A DNA stretch of 53,081 nt from Rickettsia typhi (GTDB taxonomy: Bacteria; Pseudomonadota; Alphaproteobacteria; Rickettsiales; UBA1997). Under the pieces are notes generated by a model. It did no database searches, was not told the origin of the DNA, and worked only from the letters and a program-made list of their open reading frames with translations. The stretch covers positions 1 through 53,081 of the forward strand of contig CAMCME010000004.1 of assembly GCA_945875925.1 (NCBI GenBank), given 5' to 3'. Both the position numbers and the translations under genes were made by a program. Numbering within the stretch: the stretch's first letter is position 1; every line of letters starts with the position of its first letter. Positions 1 through 9,559 of this stretch are shown here, piece after piece.

Positions 1-60
1 TTAAAAAAAATAAATATATTCCAAAGCCACAAAAAAAGGCGCATAATCTTACTACTAATA

Positions 61-1221
61 ATGAATAAAAATTACGATTTAATTTGGCAGGCGCTAAATG
101 GCGTAACCTGCGGATCTCTTAAAATAAAGCTTCCAGAAGGTTTAGAAAAAAACTTTGTTGGAACTAATGCTGGTCCAAATGCTGAAATGGAAATAAAAGA
201 TTTTAATTTTATCGATTCCGTTATCGCTGGAGGTGATGTGGCACTGGGCGAGGGCTATATGCAAGGTTTATGGAAAAGTGAAGATTTAGAAAAGTTGCTT
301 ACTTTTTTTACTCTAAATGCTCACGCTTTAGAAGATTTTTTTCACGCCAGAAGATTTCAGGCTTTTCTGCTTTTTATCAAAAGTTTTTTGACCAAAAATA
401 CCAAAAGAGGCAGCAAAAAAAATATCGAAGCACATTATGATTTAGGAAATGATTTTTATCAGCTGTGGCTTGATGAAAGCATGACTTATTCAAGCGCATT
501 ATTTGACGATGACTCTTTTGATTTAAAGGCGGCGCAGCATAGAAAATATCAAAATATTTTACAAAAATTAAATGCTGGATCAGTGCTTGAAATTGGTTGT
601 GGCTGGGGTGGATTTGCGGAGGAAGCTGCGCAAAAAAATCATCAAGTAACTTGCCTGACAATTTCTCAAAAACAAAAAATTTATGCTCAAAACCGCCTAC
701 AGAAAATTGGCGCCCAAGATTTAGTAAAAATTAAACTTCAGGATTATCGCGAAGAAAACGCAATTTATGACAATGTGGTTTCAATTGAGATGTTTGAAGC
801 TGTTGGGCAAGAATATTGGGATCAATATTTTAAAGTTTTGAAGAACTGTTTGAAAGACAATGGCAAAGCAGTTTTGCAAATTATAACCATTGATGAGCAG
901 GTTTTTAAAGATTATGTCAATCGCGTTGACTTCATTCAAAAACATATTTTTCCAGGTGGAGTTTTGCCTTCAAAAACCATCATTCGCGGCCTTGCAGAAA
1001 AGCATGGCTTTAAATTAAAAAGCGAATTGGCTTTTGGCGAAGATTATGCCAAGACCCTTCTTTTGTGGCTTGAAACATTTGATCAAAAATATGCAGAAAT
1101 AGCCAAGCTTGGTTTCTCAGAAGAATTTATTCGCAAATGGCGTTTTTATTTGTCCTACTGCGCCGCAGGTTTTAGGGCAAAAAGAACTGATGTTGTGCAA
1201 TTTGAATTTGAGAAAATATAG
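61..1221 (+). CDS. cfa: Cyclopropane-fatty-acyl-phospholipid synthase family SAM methyltransferase
   Basis: Motifs HYDLGNDFY, MTYSSA, VLEIGCGWG, SIEMFEAVG, FIQKHIFPGG. Confidence 0.92.
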   Translation: MNKNYDLIWQALNGVTCGSLKIKLPEGLEKNFVGTNAGPNAEMEIKDFNFIDSVIAGGDVALGEGYMQGLWKSEDLEKLLTFFTLNAHALEDFFHARRFQAFLLFIKSFLTKNTKRGSKKNIEAHYDLGNDFYQLWLDESMTYSSALFDDDSFDLKAAQHRKYQNILQKLNAGSVLEIGCGWGGFAEEAAQKNHQVTCLTISQKQKIYAQNRLQKIGAQDLVKIKLQDYREENAIYDNVVSIEMFEAVGQEYWDQYFKVLKNCLKDNGKAVLQIITIDEQVFKDYVNRVDFIQKHIFPGGVLPSKTIIRGLAEKHGFKLKSELAFGEDYAKTLLLWLETFDQKYAEIAKLGFSEEFIRKWRFYLSYCAAGFRAKRTDVVQFEFEKI

Positions 1222-1280
1222 ATGAAAAAACTATTACTAAAAACGCTGATTTTTTTATTTTTAAGCAGCAACATTTTTGC
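1121..1280 (+). repeat. 160-bp imperfect direct repeat, copy 1 (cfa 3' end plus start of downstream gene)
   Basis: Matches 3481-3640 with 9 mismatches and no indels (compared by eye). Confidence 0.95.
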
Positions 1281-1323
1281 TGTGTATCCCATATATTTGA
1301 TTGGAGAAATTAGTAAAAATTAA
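1222..1323 (+). pseudogene. Truncated duplicate 5' end of the chalcone-isomerase-like gene
   Basis: MKKLLLKTLIFLFLSSNIFA is near-identical to the N-terminus of 3582..4103, then diverges and stops after 33 codons. Confidence 0.8.
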
Positions 1324-1418
1324 AAAAGAAAAAGGGTGAAAAGTAAGCTGAATGATATAAAGTTTTTCCACCAAAAATTTAACCTTTCTTACCTTTTGGT
1401 AAGTAAAAAATGTAATGA

Positions 1419-2423
1419 ATGATGATGAAAAATAATCATAATTTTAAGTTTATCGATCTATTTGCAGGCGTAGGAGGAATAAGGCTGGGCTTTGAAGATA
1501 TTGGAGAGTGTGTTTTTTCTTCTGAGTGGGATAAACATGCGCAAATTACTTACGAGGCTAATTTTGGAGATGCGCCAAATGGAGATATTACTTTAATAGA
1601 TGAAAAAGATATTCCTAGCTTTGATATATTGCTTGGTGGATTTCCATGTCAGCCGTTTTCTAACGCTGGTCTCAAAATGGGGTTTGAAGATACAAGGGGG
1701 ACTCTATTTTTTCATATTGCAAGAATCATAAATCATCACAAGCCAAGGATAGTTTTTTTAGAGAATGTAAAGGGGCTAAAGAGTCATAACAAAGGCAATA
1801 CTTATAGAACTATTCAGAACACTTTAGAGGACATGGGGTACAATGTTTACTCGCAAGTTCTTAATGCTAGAGATTTTGGAGTTCCTCAGAATAGAGAGAG
1901 GATTTATATAATAGGGTTTTTGGATAATGTGGATTTTTCTTTTCCAAAGCCATTATTTAAGAGTGTTAAGGTAGGTGACATATTGGAAAATAATGTATCC
2001 GAGAAGTACACAATATCAGATAGGCTATGGGCTGGTCATCAAAGAAGAAAGAAAGAACATATCGAAAAAGGCAATGGTTTCGGCTACTCTATTTTTAATG
2101 AGGATTCATTGTACACTAGCACCATTTCAGCCAGATATTACAAAGATGGTTCAGAAATTTTGATTAAACAAGAAGGTAAAAATCCAAGAAAATTAACACC
2201 TAGAGAGGCGGCAAGATTGCAAGGTTTTCCAGATGATTTTAAGATTGTGGTTAGTGATACTCAAGCCTATAAGCAGTTTGGAAACAGCGTTTGCGTCCCA
2301 GTGATAAGAGCATTGTCTAATCAAATCAAATTATCACTAGAGAAGCCGCGAAATAAATATAAACTAAGAGAATTAGACTTATTCAATTATACTTATGAAG
2401 ATAGAAAAATTGCAGCTTTCTAA
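1419..2423 (+). CDS. Type II DNA (cytosine-5) methyltransferase, SsoII/NlaX-like target region (CCNGG-type inferred)
   Basis: Motifs DLFAGVGG, GFPCQ, ENV, QNRER, FGNSV; variable region HQRRK...GFGY...TISARYYKDGSEILI. Confidence 0.92.
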   Translation: MMMKNNHNFKFIDLFAGVGGIRLGFEDIGECVFSSEWDKHAQITYEANFGDAPNGDITLIDEKDIPSFDILLGGFPCQPFSNAGLKMGFEDTRGTLFFHIARIINHHKPRIVFLENVKGLKSHNKGNTYRTIQNTLEDMGYNVYSQVLNARDFGVPQNRERIYIIGFLDNVDFSFPKPLFKSVKVGDILENNVSEKYTISDRLWAGHQRRKKEHIEKGNGFGYSIFNEDSLYTSTISARYYKDGSEILIKQEGKNPRKLTPREAARLQGFPDDFKIVVSDTQAYKQFGNSVCVPVIRALSNQIKLSLEKPRNKYKLRELDLFNYTYEDRKIAAF

Positions 2424-2502
2424 GTAAAAGAAAGATATTAATTTTCAATTTTATGTTTTACTGAAATTTATTACGAAGCTTCAGGCTAGCGATGCTCAAG
2501 AG

Positions 2503-3396
2503 ATGCTAATGACTGAGAATATTGCTTTGCTAAAAAGCAATCCAGCTTCTCTTATAGAAAGTTTAAAAAAAATATTTATCAAATCCCAAGAGAAGTCTGA
2601 GTATATTAAAGAAATATGCGAAAGACTCTCTAGCTCTGATGATATAGAGCTTTTTGATTTTAGTTTAAAACTGCATCAGATTAAGGGTTTATTGTTATAT
2701 GAGGCTAAAATGTCTGATGTTATAAACACTAATAAGTTGTCAGATTTAGATCCATTATCTCTTGAGTATGATAGAATATCTGTATTAAAGCCTTATGGAA
2801 CAAGAGTTAGCGGCGCATTACTAACATTATTATTTTTTGAGAAACTTGATAATAATGAGACAAATTTTATGTCAAAAGATTCATGTGATTTGATTGATAG
2901 CATTTCTAAATCGGCTATACATTTTAAGAAAAAAGGGTTGGAATCAAATCAGATTTTCATGCTCATATTTAATGAGTCTATTGATCAATCAATTAAATCT
3001 GACTCGGGATCAAACTACGAGAGTAGAATACAATCTGTTCTGGACAGGGCTGGTGTAAAGAATGTCACTAAAGCTCATGATAAGAATGATAAAAGTACAG
3101 AGTATGATTTTTTCTTTGAATTAGATAATAAAACTTACGGAATAGGTGCAAAAAGAACTCTTAGAGAAAGATACAAACAATTTATTAAGACTTCATTTAC
3201 GAGTAAAATAGATGTAAGTATTGAGATTACTCTTGGCTTAGATCTTAATGAGGAGAAAGCCAAAACGATTACTGGTCATGGAACATATATTTTTGTTGCT
3301 GATGAAGTTTATAAGACTAGAGATTTTTTAAGAAAAATTGACAAAGTTTATTCAGTAAAAGATTTAAACCTTAAAACTCTTAAAAAATTAGGATAA
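2503..3396 (+). CDS. Type II restriction endonuclease, PD-(D/E)XK, SsoII/EcoRII-C-like
   Basis: Directly downstream of the MTase; SGSNYE, EYDFFF and GAKRTLRER motifs. Confidence 0.75.
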   Translation: MLMTENIALLKSNPASLIESLKKIFIKSQEKSEYIKEICERLSSSDDIELFDFSLKLHQIKGLLLYEAKMSDVINTNKLSDLDPLSLEYDRISVLKPYGTRVSGALLTLLFFEKLDNNETNFMSKDSCDLIDSISKSAIHFKKKGLESNQIFMLIFNESIDQSIKSDSGSNYESRIQSVLDRAGVKNVTKAHDKNDKSTEYDFFFELDNKTYGIGAKRTLRERYKQFIKTSFTSKIDVSIEITLGLDLNEEKAKTITGHGTYIFVADEVYKTRDFLRKIDKVYSVKDLNLKTLKKLG

Positions 3397-3401
3397 TATA
3401 A

Positions 3402-3581
3402 ATGATCACAGATGTAATGAGTGAAGACAATCAACCTCGATATTTTTTAGATCACTTTAAAATAGACAAATCCAAACTTAAAGAATTTATTCGCAAATGG
3501 CGTTTTTATTTGTCTTACTGCGCTGCGGGTTTCAGGGCTAAAAGAACTGATGTTGTGCAATTTGAATTTGAGAAAATTTAG
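3402..3581 (+). pseudogene. Chimeric 59-aa ORF: foreign gene N-terminus fused in-frame to the duplicated cfa C-terminus
   Basis: Translates MITDVMSEDNQPRYFLDHFKIDKSKLK|EFIRKWRFYLSYCAAGFRAKRTDVVQFEFEKI*. Confidence 0.7.
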
Positions 3582-3640
3582 ATGAAAAAACTGTTACTAA
3601 AAACGCTGATTTTTTTATTTTTAAGCAGCAGCGTTTTTGC
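3481..3640 (+). repeat. 160-bp imperfect direct repeat, copy 2
   Basis: Matches 1121-1280. Confidence 0.95.
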
Positions 3641-4103
3641 CGCAGAAATGCCACAAGTGGTTGCAAAAAACTTTCAAACTCCTTTTTTAATTGGTTCTTC
3701 AAGCCTTAACTTTATTGGCTTTAAGGTTTATGACATTGCACTTTGGTCGGAAGATAAAAACTTTTCTTACAACAAAAAATTCGCGGTTTTTATTCGCTAT
3801 AACATGAATTTTTCTAAAGAAGATTTGGCCAAAAAATCAATTGAAGAAATTGAGAAGCTGCATGTTTTAAGTGAACAAGAACGAGAAAATTATCTGACAC
3901 AACTAACAAAAATTTTCACTTCGGTTAAAAAAGGCGACGAAAAATTAGCCATATTTTCGCCAAACCAAACTGTAGAAATGTTCTATAATAACAATCTCAC
4001 CGGCAAAATATCCAACCCAAAGCTGGCAAGGCTTTTCATAGATATTTGGCTAGATGAAAAAGGCTCTTATCCAAAAGTTACAAGAGAGATTTTGGGGAAG
4101 TAA
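3582..4103 (+). CDS. Chalcone-isomerase-like exported protein
   Basis: Signal peptide; GFKVYDIALW, VKKGD, FIDIWL motifs; usual neighbour of cfa. Confidence 0.8.
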   Translation: MKKLLLKTLIFLFLSSSVFAAEMPQVVAKNFQTPFLIGSSSLNFIGFKVYDIALWSEDKNFSYNKKFAVFIRYNMNFSKEDLAKKSIEEIEKLHVLSEQERENYLTQLTKIFTSVKKGDEKLAIFSPNQTVEMFYNNNLTGKISNPKLARLFIDIWLDEKGSYPKVTREILGK

Positions 4104-4194
4104 GTTTGGTAGGAAAATTGAATAAAAAGAATGCAAAAATTATAACGCCAAACAAAATACCGCAGCGAATTGCTCTTAACTAAACTCTGCCAGC

Positions 4195-5132
4195 ATGATA
4201 GATATTAAATATTCCAAAGAATATAGACAGAAACTCGGATTTAACAATCAAGATGGGGTAAAAAAGTTTTTTGGTGCAAAGGACATAATTCCGGATGTTG
4301 ATTATAGCTATATTGAACTTCTTAATTCTATACCAAACTAAAAATCTATTGATCGCAGTAGCAAGGTATTTTTGAGGGAAAATTAAAACTTAAAAAAACT
4401 TGCTGTATCAATATACTGCTGGTTTTTTTAAGTTTTAATTTTTACCAAAAAGATGAAGCTAATGCGATCAATAGATTTTTAGTTTGGTATAGGTTATCAG
4501 AGATAGTGAGAAAGATGAATGATGTGGTTAACGAAAACATTAAGCTGCAAGATTTAGAGTCTTTTATTGAGAAAAATATATTACAAATTTCTGCAAAACT
4601 AAAAGAAAATAACATAATAAATAAGCTTAATAATCAGGGTAGAAGACCAGAAGAGGTGTATTTTTCGTGGATGAGAGGATTTGTTATTTCAGCTTATTTT
4701 CTAAATCCAATAAGCGTTATATTTGGAGTTGATGAGAAAAGCGTAAGTCTGGTGGGTGATGATGATTTTAGTGAAATTGAGACATTTAAAAGAACCCCAA
4801 AAGCTGATTTGGAAGTTACTTTAGGAAATAATCAGAAAGTTAGAATAGAAGTTCAATCAGGGTTTCAAGGCATCAATGATATAAAGCAACACAAAGTGCT
4901 GGAAGCCAAAAAAATTAATAGAGAGTTAGGATTTTTATCTGTTGTTATTCACTTCGATTTATTTAATGGCCAAGTTGCTTTTGTTCAAACAGACAACATA
5001 AATGATGAAGATGTAAATTGGATCACAAGGCAACAGATGGAAGGTCAGACCGTTTTTAATATAGACCAAAATTACTTTATTTGGAAATTAACCGACTCTG
5101 TTCCAGAGATTACAGATTTCTTAAATTATTAG
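4195..5132 (+). pseudogene. Type II restriction endonuclease (HpyCH4IV-like) interrupted by a hairpin element
   Basis: Removing 4331-4491 restores a 258-aa ORF (MIDIKYSKEYRQKLGF...ELLNSRLSEIVRKMND...); NNQGRRPEEVY, PKADLE and IEVQSG motifs; directly upstream of an MTase. Confidence 0.85.
4331..4489. mobile_element. ERIC-like miniature inverted-repeat element, copy A (159 bp, TA duplication)
   Basis: Arms taccaaactaaaaatctattgatcgca / tgcgatcaatagatttttagtttggta; TA at 4329-30 and 4490-91. Confidence 0.92.
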
Positions 5133-5135
5133 CTT

Positions 5136-6353
5136 ATGAGCAATAAAAAAATCAAAGTAGTGGACCTATTCTGTGGAGTTGGTGGCTTAAGTTATGGCTT
5201 TGCAAAAGATGAGAAATTTCAAATTATAGCAGCCAATGAAATTTTGCCTAATATGGCTAAAGCTTATGAGTTAAATCACCCAGGCGTTAAGGTATATTGC
5301 AAAGATATAAAAGATTTTGGAATTTGCGATTTAATAAAAGATTTTAATTTAAAAGAAGGAGAAGTGGACTTGGTTGTTGGAGGTCCGCCATGTCAGGCAT
5401 ATTCAACTGTTGGAAAAAGGCTGATTGATGATCCTAGAGGAAAGTTATTTCAAGAATATTACAGGGTATTGAAAGAAATTAATCCTAAAATTTTTGTTTT
5501 TGAAAATGTTAAGGGACTTCTTTCAATGCAGAAGGGAGAATTATTCAATACCATAATTTCTTTGTTTAAATCACTTAACTACAGCATTTCATTTAAAGTT
5601 CTTAACTCTGCTGATTATGGAGTTCCGCAGATTAGAGAAAGAGTTTTTATAGTTGGAACTAGATTAAATAATGCCTTTTCTTATCCAAATTCAACTCATG
5701 CAAGCAAAGAAAAAAACATAAAGGAAATCTTAGAACCTTACTTAAATATTTCAGATGCGATAGGAGACTTGCCATTTATAAAGTCTGGAGAAGAAAGTTT
5801 TGTTTATCAGACCTCGCCGCAAAATCCATTCCAAGAAATGATGCGGAAAGATGCGCCAAGAAAATTGATGGATCACAATGCTCCAAAGAATAACGAGAAG
5901 TTAGTTAAAATAATGGAGCAATTACCAGATGGTGGAACGCCCCTAGATTTGCCAGAAAATTTAAGACCAAAAAGTGGCTTTGCTAACACATATTGCAGGC
6001 TTTGGTGGAATAGACCAAGTACAACTATAACCAGAAATTTTAGCACTCCTTCATCATCCAGATGCATACATCCAAAAGCACCTAGGCCATTAACTACAAG
6101 AGAAGGTGCAAGAATTCAGTGCTTTCCAGATGACTATATTTTTTATGGTTCTAGAAGTGACAAAAATTTACAAATAGGTAATGCGGTACCGCCACTTGTG
6201 TCGATAGCGATAAAGAATGCGATATTGCAGCATATTGCAAAAGAAGAGTTAGATCAAAAAAATATCAATCAAAGATGCGTTGAAATAAAGCCTACCAAAA
6301 TATTTCCAAGGTCTTCTCAGCAAGATGGAGTCAGTTTTAACATTCATGCCTAA
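5136..6353 (+). CDS. DNA (cytosine-5) methyltransferase, M.HpyCH4IV-like (ACGT inferred)
   Basis: Motifs DLFCGVGG, GPPCQ, ENV, QIGNAVPP; variable region PKNNEKL...RPKSG...TITRNFSTPSSSRCIHP recalled from Helicobacter ACGT MTases. Confidence 0.92.
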   Translation: MSNKKIKVVDLFCGVGGLSYGFAKDEKFQIIAANEILPNMAKAYELNHPGVKVYCKDIKDFGICDLIKDFNLKEGEVDLVVGGPPCQAYSTVGKRLIDDPRGKLFQEYYRVLKEINPKIFVFENVKGLLSMQKGELFNTIISLFKSLNYSISFKVLNSADYGVPQIRERVFIVGTRLNNAFSYPNSTHASKEKNIKEILEPYLNISDAIGDLPFIKSGEESFVYQTSPQNPFQEMMRKDAPRKLMDHNAPKNNEKLVKIMEQLPDGGTPLDLPENLRPKSGFANTYCRLWWNRPSTTITRNFSTPSSSRCIHPKAPRPLTTREGARIQCFPDDYIFYGSRSDKNLQIGNAVPPLVSIAIKNAILQHIAKEELDQKNINQRCVEIKPTKIFPRSSQQDGVSFNIHA

Positions 6354-6505
6354 ATAAAATTTGAAATGAAAGTGAGGTCGGCATTACAAATGAAGACCTG
6401 AGGAGGTTATTGGGGTTGAGTTAACTCCGTTGGAGATTTCAATTTTTTCTCACCATCAATCAAACTATTAAGAAACTTTAGCATCATTTTATTGTAAAAA
6501 TGATT

Positions 6506-6548
6506 TGTCCTAGCCCCCAAAATCCCCGCCACTTAAATGGAGACTTTT
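6506..6548. repeat. Short dispersed repeat, also present at 52934
   Basis: Shared core tgtcctagcccccaaaa(a)tcccc. Confidence 0.6.
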
Positions 6549-6758
6549 TATTTTCAATCAAGACTGATTTGCCAAAATATTTAAATTTTTAATATTGGCA
6601 AACCTGTTTTGATTTAAGAATTTTTTGGTGGCAATGTTGTTTAAAGGTAATTCAAAAGAGAATTAGTAAAAAAAGCTCACCACGATTTTTATCTTCCAAT
6701 TACTTAGTTGATTTTTACGCACCATGAGGTGCGGCACGCTTTGCTGGGATCCCCGATA

Positions 6759-6797
6759 TACCAAATCAAACAATATCAATAGATTTTAGATTTGGTA
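6759..6797. mobile_element. Minimal, internally deleted ERIC-like element
   Basis: ta|taccaaatc...gatttggta|ta; right arm atcaatagattttagatttggta resembles the right arm of copy A. Confidence 0.7.
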
Positions 6798-6840
6798 TAA
6801 ATTCAAATTTCAAAGGGTTGAAGATGAACTTCTAATTGTT

Positions 6841-7152
6841 ATGTTGATATTTCAACTAACCCAATTGCCATCCATGATCAATAAAAAAATTATCCCCAAT
6901 CTAATTTCTTCAATCATTTCAATATTAATGATTGTGCTATTCATCTTTCTGCTGCCATCAATTCTAATCGTGCTGGCCGTGCTTATTTTATTTACCATCA
7001 TCGCTGCCATTATTTTCAGATTTATGATTGGTAAAAAATCAAAAATAAATTTTGTCTATGTAAAGCAAAGCAGTAGCGACGAAGGAGAAATAATAGATGA
7101 AATTCACGAAATGAAAGATGTTACCAATAGCAGCAAATCCATCAAAAATTAA
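6841..7152 (+). CDS. Small membrane protein (start possibly 6874)
   Basis: Two hydrophobic helices followed by an acidic tail. Confidence 0.55.
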   Translation: MLIFQLTQLPSMINKKIIPNLISSIISILMIVLFIFLLPSILIVLAVLILFTIIAAIIFRFMIGKKSKINFVYVKQSSSDEGEIIDEIHEMKDVTNSSKSIKN

Positions 7153-8312
7153 TTTTCCGATACGCAGCGCAAACTAATACAGCTAATTTCTGCAAAAGTA
7201 CCAAGCCGCATTGGCGGGCCCCAGAAGCCAGTTCCCGAGCTTACATAAACTTGCAGATTAGAATTTGGATATTGAAAAAGGCCACGCAAAACAGGCTGTT
7301 GCAAATAAACGAAATAATTAAACGGCCAGATTTGGCCAGCGTGAGTGTGTCCTGAAAGTTGCAGATCAACATTATTTTCTGCCGCCATATGCATGGATAT
7401 TGGTTGATGTGCTAATAAAATAACGGGGTTAGAAATGTCTCTGCCAGCTAAAGATTTTGGCAAATTATGGCCACCAGCAAAATGGCGACTGCTCCAATCA
7501 TCAACGCCAGCAATGTTAATTGTGCTATTGTTAATTTTTAGTCTGACATGCTGATTGCGCAAAACCTTGATATTTATGCTTTGAAGATAGTCGCACCATT
7601 CGTCAACTCCTGAATAATATTCATGATTTCCTGTAACAAAAAAAACTCCATATTTAGCTTTTAAACCAGCTAGAGGAGAAACTTGAGAAGCTAATTCCAA
7701 AACCGATCCATCCACCAAATCTCCAGTAATTACTATAATATCAGCATCTAAAGCATTAACGCGATCAACCACGCGTTTCAGCCATTTGCCATCAAGAATT
7801 GGTCCAATGTGAATGTCGGTAAGTTGTGCGATTCGCAAGTTATCAAGCTCGGCTGGTAATTTTTTTAACATGACATTAACAACCTTAGTTTTGATAAAAC
7901 GCAATCCGTTCCACAAAGCGTAAGATCCGCAACCTGCAGAGATAAAAAAAACAGTAAGACCAAAATTTTTCTGTAACTGTGAAGAAAGGCTTGTGGTTGA
8001 AATTAAATTAAGTGCAATCCACAAAAAATCAGCGATGAAAAATCCTGAAATTAACAACAAACCAAAACCCATCCAAGGATAAACAATAAATGAAATTGCT
8101 GTTGCAAAAAAGCGCGGCAACACATGCATTAAAGGCATCGCCGCCAAAGTAAGAATCATCAAAGAGGCAAAAAAATAGGCGAAAAAATTTTCAAAACCAG
8201 GGCTTGGTTGCAGATAATAAAGGCTGCGCTGATAAATATAAAAATGCAGCATTCCCAAAATCAGCGAGAATAAGCTTAAGAAAATTACGATTTGTTTGGG
8301 GCGTGGTTTCAT
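7149..8312 (-). CDS. Membrane-anchored metallophosphoesterase (YkuE/YaeI-like)
   Basis: Motifs DIH, GDLVD, GNHE, LLAHQP, GHTH; N-terminal TM helices. Confidence 0.9.
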   Translation of the reverse strand: MKPRPKQIVIFLSLFSLILGMLHFYIYQRSLYYLQPSPGFENFFAYFFASLMILTLAAMPLMHVLPRFFATAISFIVYPWMGFGLLLISGFFIADFLWIALNLISTTSLSSQLQKNFGLTVFFISAGCGSYALWNGLRFIKTKVVNVMLKKLPAELDNLRIAQLTDIHIGPILDGKWLKRVVDRVNALDADIIVITGDLVDGSVLELASQVSPLAGLKAKYGVFFVTGNHEYYSGVDEWCDYLQSINIKVLRNQHVRLKINNSTINIAGVDDWSSRHFAGGHNLPKSLAGRDISNPVILLAHQPISMHMAAENNVDLQLSGHTHAGQIWPFNYFVYLQQPVLRGLFQYPNSNLQVYVSSGTGFWGPPMRLGTFAEISCISLRCVSEN

Positions 8313-8422
8313 GGAAAATTATTGAGATAAAACAGAATTATTTTTGTTTGAGTTTATTGATGTTCAAAGATTTATAAATGAAATGCGATGTAAAGAAGAT
8401 TTCTTTTTAGTTACACTTGCGA

Positions 8423-9217
8423 TTATCTTGTAAAGCCAACCCTGCCAAAGCCGGGTAATTTAATTGCGGGTTTTAAAAAATCGATTCCGTAGTTAAGTCC
8501 AATCAAATTAATTTCGATTCCTTCGACTAAACCAATTGTTAAACCGAACAATCCGAAGAGTGAAAATTGTAAGCCAGTTTTTGATTCAGAAAGTGCGAAA
8601 AATTTTACGCCAGAATTGTCGCACAGCCAATCTTTACCAATTGCATTATTTGGAAGCGCCACTTTTAAATCAGGAATTTGACGAATTACAAAAGAGACAA
8701 AACTGTTGCTGTTGGGCCCTGGATAAGCACGGTAAAGTTGGGGGTAAGGGTATTTTTTTACCGCCTCGTAAATTTGCGGAATTAGTTTTTCGGCTTCTTC
8801 ACCTGAAGCTGAGAAAATAATTTTAGGATCAGCATCAAACCATCTCCTGTCTGGTAAATCTTTTTGTGTAACAACCACGCCATCCGCACCAAAGTAAGTT
8901 CCCCACAAAACTACGAAGTGAATTAAATAACTGTCGGCATTTTTTTCTTTCGTGGCAATCCAAGTGTGCTGACTGAATTTGCCGCGCCACGAGTAAGCTT
9001 TGGCGCTGTAAATTTGCACTTGTGCTTCAGGAGTTGCTGAAGCTTCTGCAACTAATCCAACAGAGTCGCGACTGGCTTTGTCCCAATTGTTTGATCCAGC
9101 TTTGGGATTGAAGTAAATCAGTGCAAAAGTGCAAATAATCAGAAGTGAAAAAAACATTTTAGTTTTTGAAATTTGAATTGATTTTGAGAGGAAATTTATT
9201 TTGAAATTGCGCTTCAT
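8423..9217 (-). CDS. DUF3750 domain protein
   Basis: HTWIATK, PDRRWF, YRAYPGPNSNSF, GLQFSLFG motifs. Confidence 0.75.
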   Translation of the reverse strand: MKRNFKINFLSKSIQISKTKMFFSLLIICTFALIYFNPKAGSNNWDKASRDSVGLVAEASATPEAQVQIYSAKAYSWRGKFSQHTWIATKEKNADSYLIHFVVLWGTYFGADGVVVTQKDLPDRRWFDADPKIIFSASGEEAEKLIPQIYEAVKKYPYPQLYRAYPGPNSNSFVSFVIRQIPDLKVALPNNAIGKDWLCDNSGVKFFALSESKTGLQFSLFGLFGLTIGLVEGIEINLIGLNYGIDFLKPAIKLPGFGRVGFTR

Positions 9218-9559
9218 TAAACTAGATGATTATTATAATTACGACAATGCACCACTTAAGGCAGGCTCTAAAATGAATATGAAAAACAAAATATTTAATC
9301 TAATTCACCGTAGTTCTGGAAGAAATGTCATGAATGAGAGTTGGAAATTTTTCGCCAAGATAAAAAAATAACAATGTTTAAGAACCAGAGGCTTTGAATT
9401 AGCTAACAATGTCTAGTAAAATTTTTTACATGCTCAATAAAAATTCGAAGCTTTGGAAGAACTTGCGCTTTGCTTGGATAATAAAGATAAAATTCAGCGC
9501 TGGTTGGAGCAAACTGGCTTAGAATAATTTCAAGTTTGCCTGACTTAACTTGGTCTTTG

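Noticed and set aside
4506-5132. 208-aa ORF as a complete gene
   Set aside because: It is the C-terminal part of a gene starting at 4195 that is split by element A.
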